From: Eledone cirrhosa
Taxonomy: Eukaryota
DNA: 64,000 nucleotides
Assembly: GCA_964016885.1 (NCBI GenBank)
Contig: OZ024759.1
Span: 16,864,001-16,928,000, forward strand
Direction: 5' to 3'
Below are positions 62,271-64,000 of this stretch, piece by piece. Numbering within the stretch: position 1 is the first letter of the stretch; each line of letters begins with the position of its first letter. The translations under genes were made by a program, and so were the position numbers. Below the pieces are notes generated by a model. It was not told the DNA's origin. It ran no database searches and was given only the letters and a program-made list of their open reading frames with translations.

Positions 62271-64000
62271 AGATTTCTATATTATGTTGAGGTATTTTTG
62301 TAAATCTTTGCCTCTTAGTCTCTTTCGTATGATATACTATTTACACCTTCCTAGTTGTTCTCTTGTTTACGTATTCAAACTCACTTCCAATTAGCAATCG
62401 AATGTCGTCGTTTCGATTGTTGCCTACATCTTGTGATCTTTCGGAGTTATACACAATAAGTCCAGCTGTTCACCATCTATGTTTTAAACCCCTTTTCTCC
62501 CATTTGACTTTGTCGACGGGGGAATCTTATCTTCCGTCTTGTAATGTCGTAAATTTAGTTCTATACACCTAAGTTTTGTTTTCACCTTTAATAGTCCGAG
62601 AACAGTGTACGTCTGTTTTTCTGGTAATCATGGTTGAAGTATTGATCAGTGTTAATAGATCGAGATCGATTAACTTTCCAAACGTGAATTCTCAATCATT
62701 AGGTGAGAGAGTGACATCTTGGACAAGGGTCATCATAAACTTCAGTTGACCCATGAGGGAAATTTAGTAGACAGCATCTATTCTGGAAGCCTGTACATTT
62801 AATTGAGTCAGTCTTGTATTCTGGAGAGGTTTTGTCGGGTGTTTTAAGGATTGCAGTTATTCAATCGCCACTCCCACACACATATGTTACGTAAGTCCGT
62901 AATTATGATTGTACCCGGAGATGATCGATATTGATACGATTGCAATATGCCAATAAAGTTTATATATATGCTGCAATTGACTTCGATCCTGCTTATATAT
63001 ATATGAGCGGTCACCCCACCGAACTTGCCTCTAAATGGGACAGACTCATCTAATCCATGCTAGCGTGGAAGATAGACGTTACACGTTGTTGATGATATAT
63101 AGGATTTAATTATGTCCTCAGGTTCATTCACCTTCGATGGACATAGCCTTGGTGTTGATGTCCGCGCCCTTCGTTCATTGGGAATGTTTACCCTCAATCC
63201 CCTCTCTCCTTCTCCAAAGCCTTTCCTGTTGCCTCCCTCTTCCTGCGAACTTCAACCTTCTTCTCTCGTCCTGTCATTCCAATGATTGTGAGCATCCTCC
63301 ATACTGATTAAGCCGATGATTCCCTGCAGCCCACCTCGACTGGAAATAGCCATACCTACGAACCTTACTCCTGCACAACTTCTTAATATTTGGCCTTCCT
63401 GTTACGAACGCCTATAGAGATTTGAGAGTGATCCTGGGCAGGCGATAATCCTTTATCCTAGAGACATGCCCTGTCCAGCTTCATGTTTAATCTTTCACAC
63501 GATAGTACAGTCTATCAAATTCACTGGTCACCTTTGCCAGTCTTGCGGATTTGCCTCTCAATTTTGGTATCTGATGTGAAGATGCACTCCAGGCAGCTGA
63601 TATGATGGACTGTTCAGTTCAGTCTCGCCAATGGTGTTATGGAGTGTAGGCTGGTGGAATACCACCATCTTCTTTAAGTTTACTTACAGTCTAGAGAGCT
63701 AGGCCTGCCTTTTAACGTGATATACTGTTACATCTAATGTTGTGTTTGTCTTTTAAACGTCCTTTATTTACAGTATATTGTGGTAGCTCTCCCTCCATAA
63801 GAACCACAGTTAAACGTAATAAAAAAAATGTAATATAAGTTTGGGTCTGTCTTTTAAGGTCCCTGTTATACAGTATACTGTGGTAGCTGCCCCCCCCCCT
63901 CTTTGTAGAACTTTACAAGCTTTACAAAAACTCTTGCTAAATGGTTTAACAATAGCAGCTTTCTGAAAGGTAACGTAGATTTCTATATTATGTTGAGGTG

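Noticed and set aside
62300-63690. Further LINE-like or coding fragments on the minus strand
   Set aside because: Only faint RT-like hints among many stop codons; too decayed to call without a search.

Overview
This is AT-rich, microsatellite-dense eukaryotic DNA. The SINE, MITE and RTE repeat complement resembles an octopod cephalopod (inference, not verified). The main feature is the 3' part of a + strand tankyrase gene (TNKS/PARP5): I assembled 24 GT-AG coding exons from 9829 to 45202 (2999 nt, about 999 aa, one continuous frame). They encode ankyrin repeat clusters, a SAM domain and a PARP catalytic domain with the H-Y-E triad and CHCC zinc site; the 5' exons lie upstream of the window. 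Positions 1-7130 are a 46/48-bp satellite that appears to derive from a SINE segment. The introns and downstream DNA hold tRNA-derived SINEs, TTAA-flanked piggyBac-like MITEs, Tc2/Tigger and Merlin-like MITEs, RTE, CR1-like and CRE LINE remnants, and a possible promoter/first exon near 62.2 kb. Most ORFs in the supplied track are repeat artefacts. Three things stand out. (1) A set of (TA)n-embedded, often fold-back elements carries minimal type I hammerhead-ribozyme motifs of the Penelope type. (2) Several exon boundaries have nearby 'ghost' copies, including a candidate 52-nt poison exon and a six-fold tandem array of one splice acceptor. (3) Long near-perfect hairpins recur across the introns and the probable 3' UTR.
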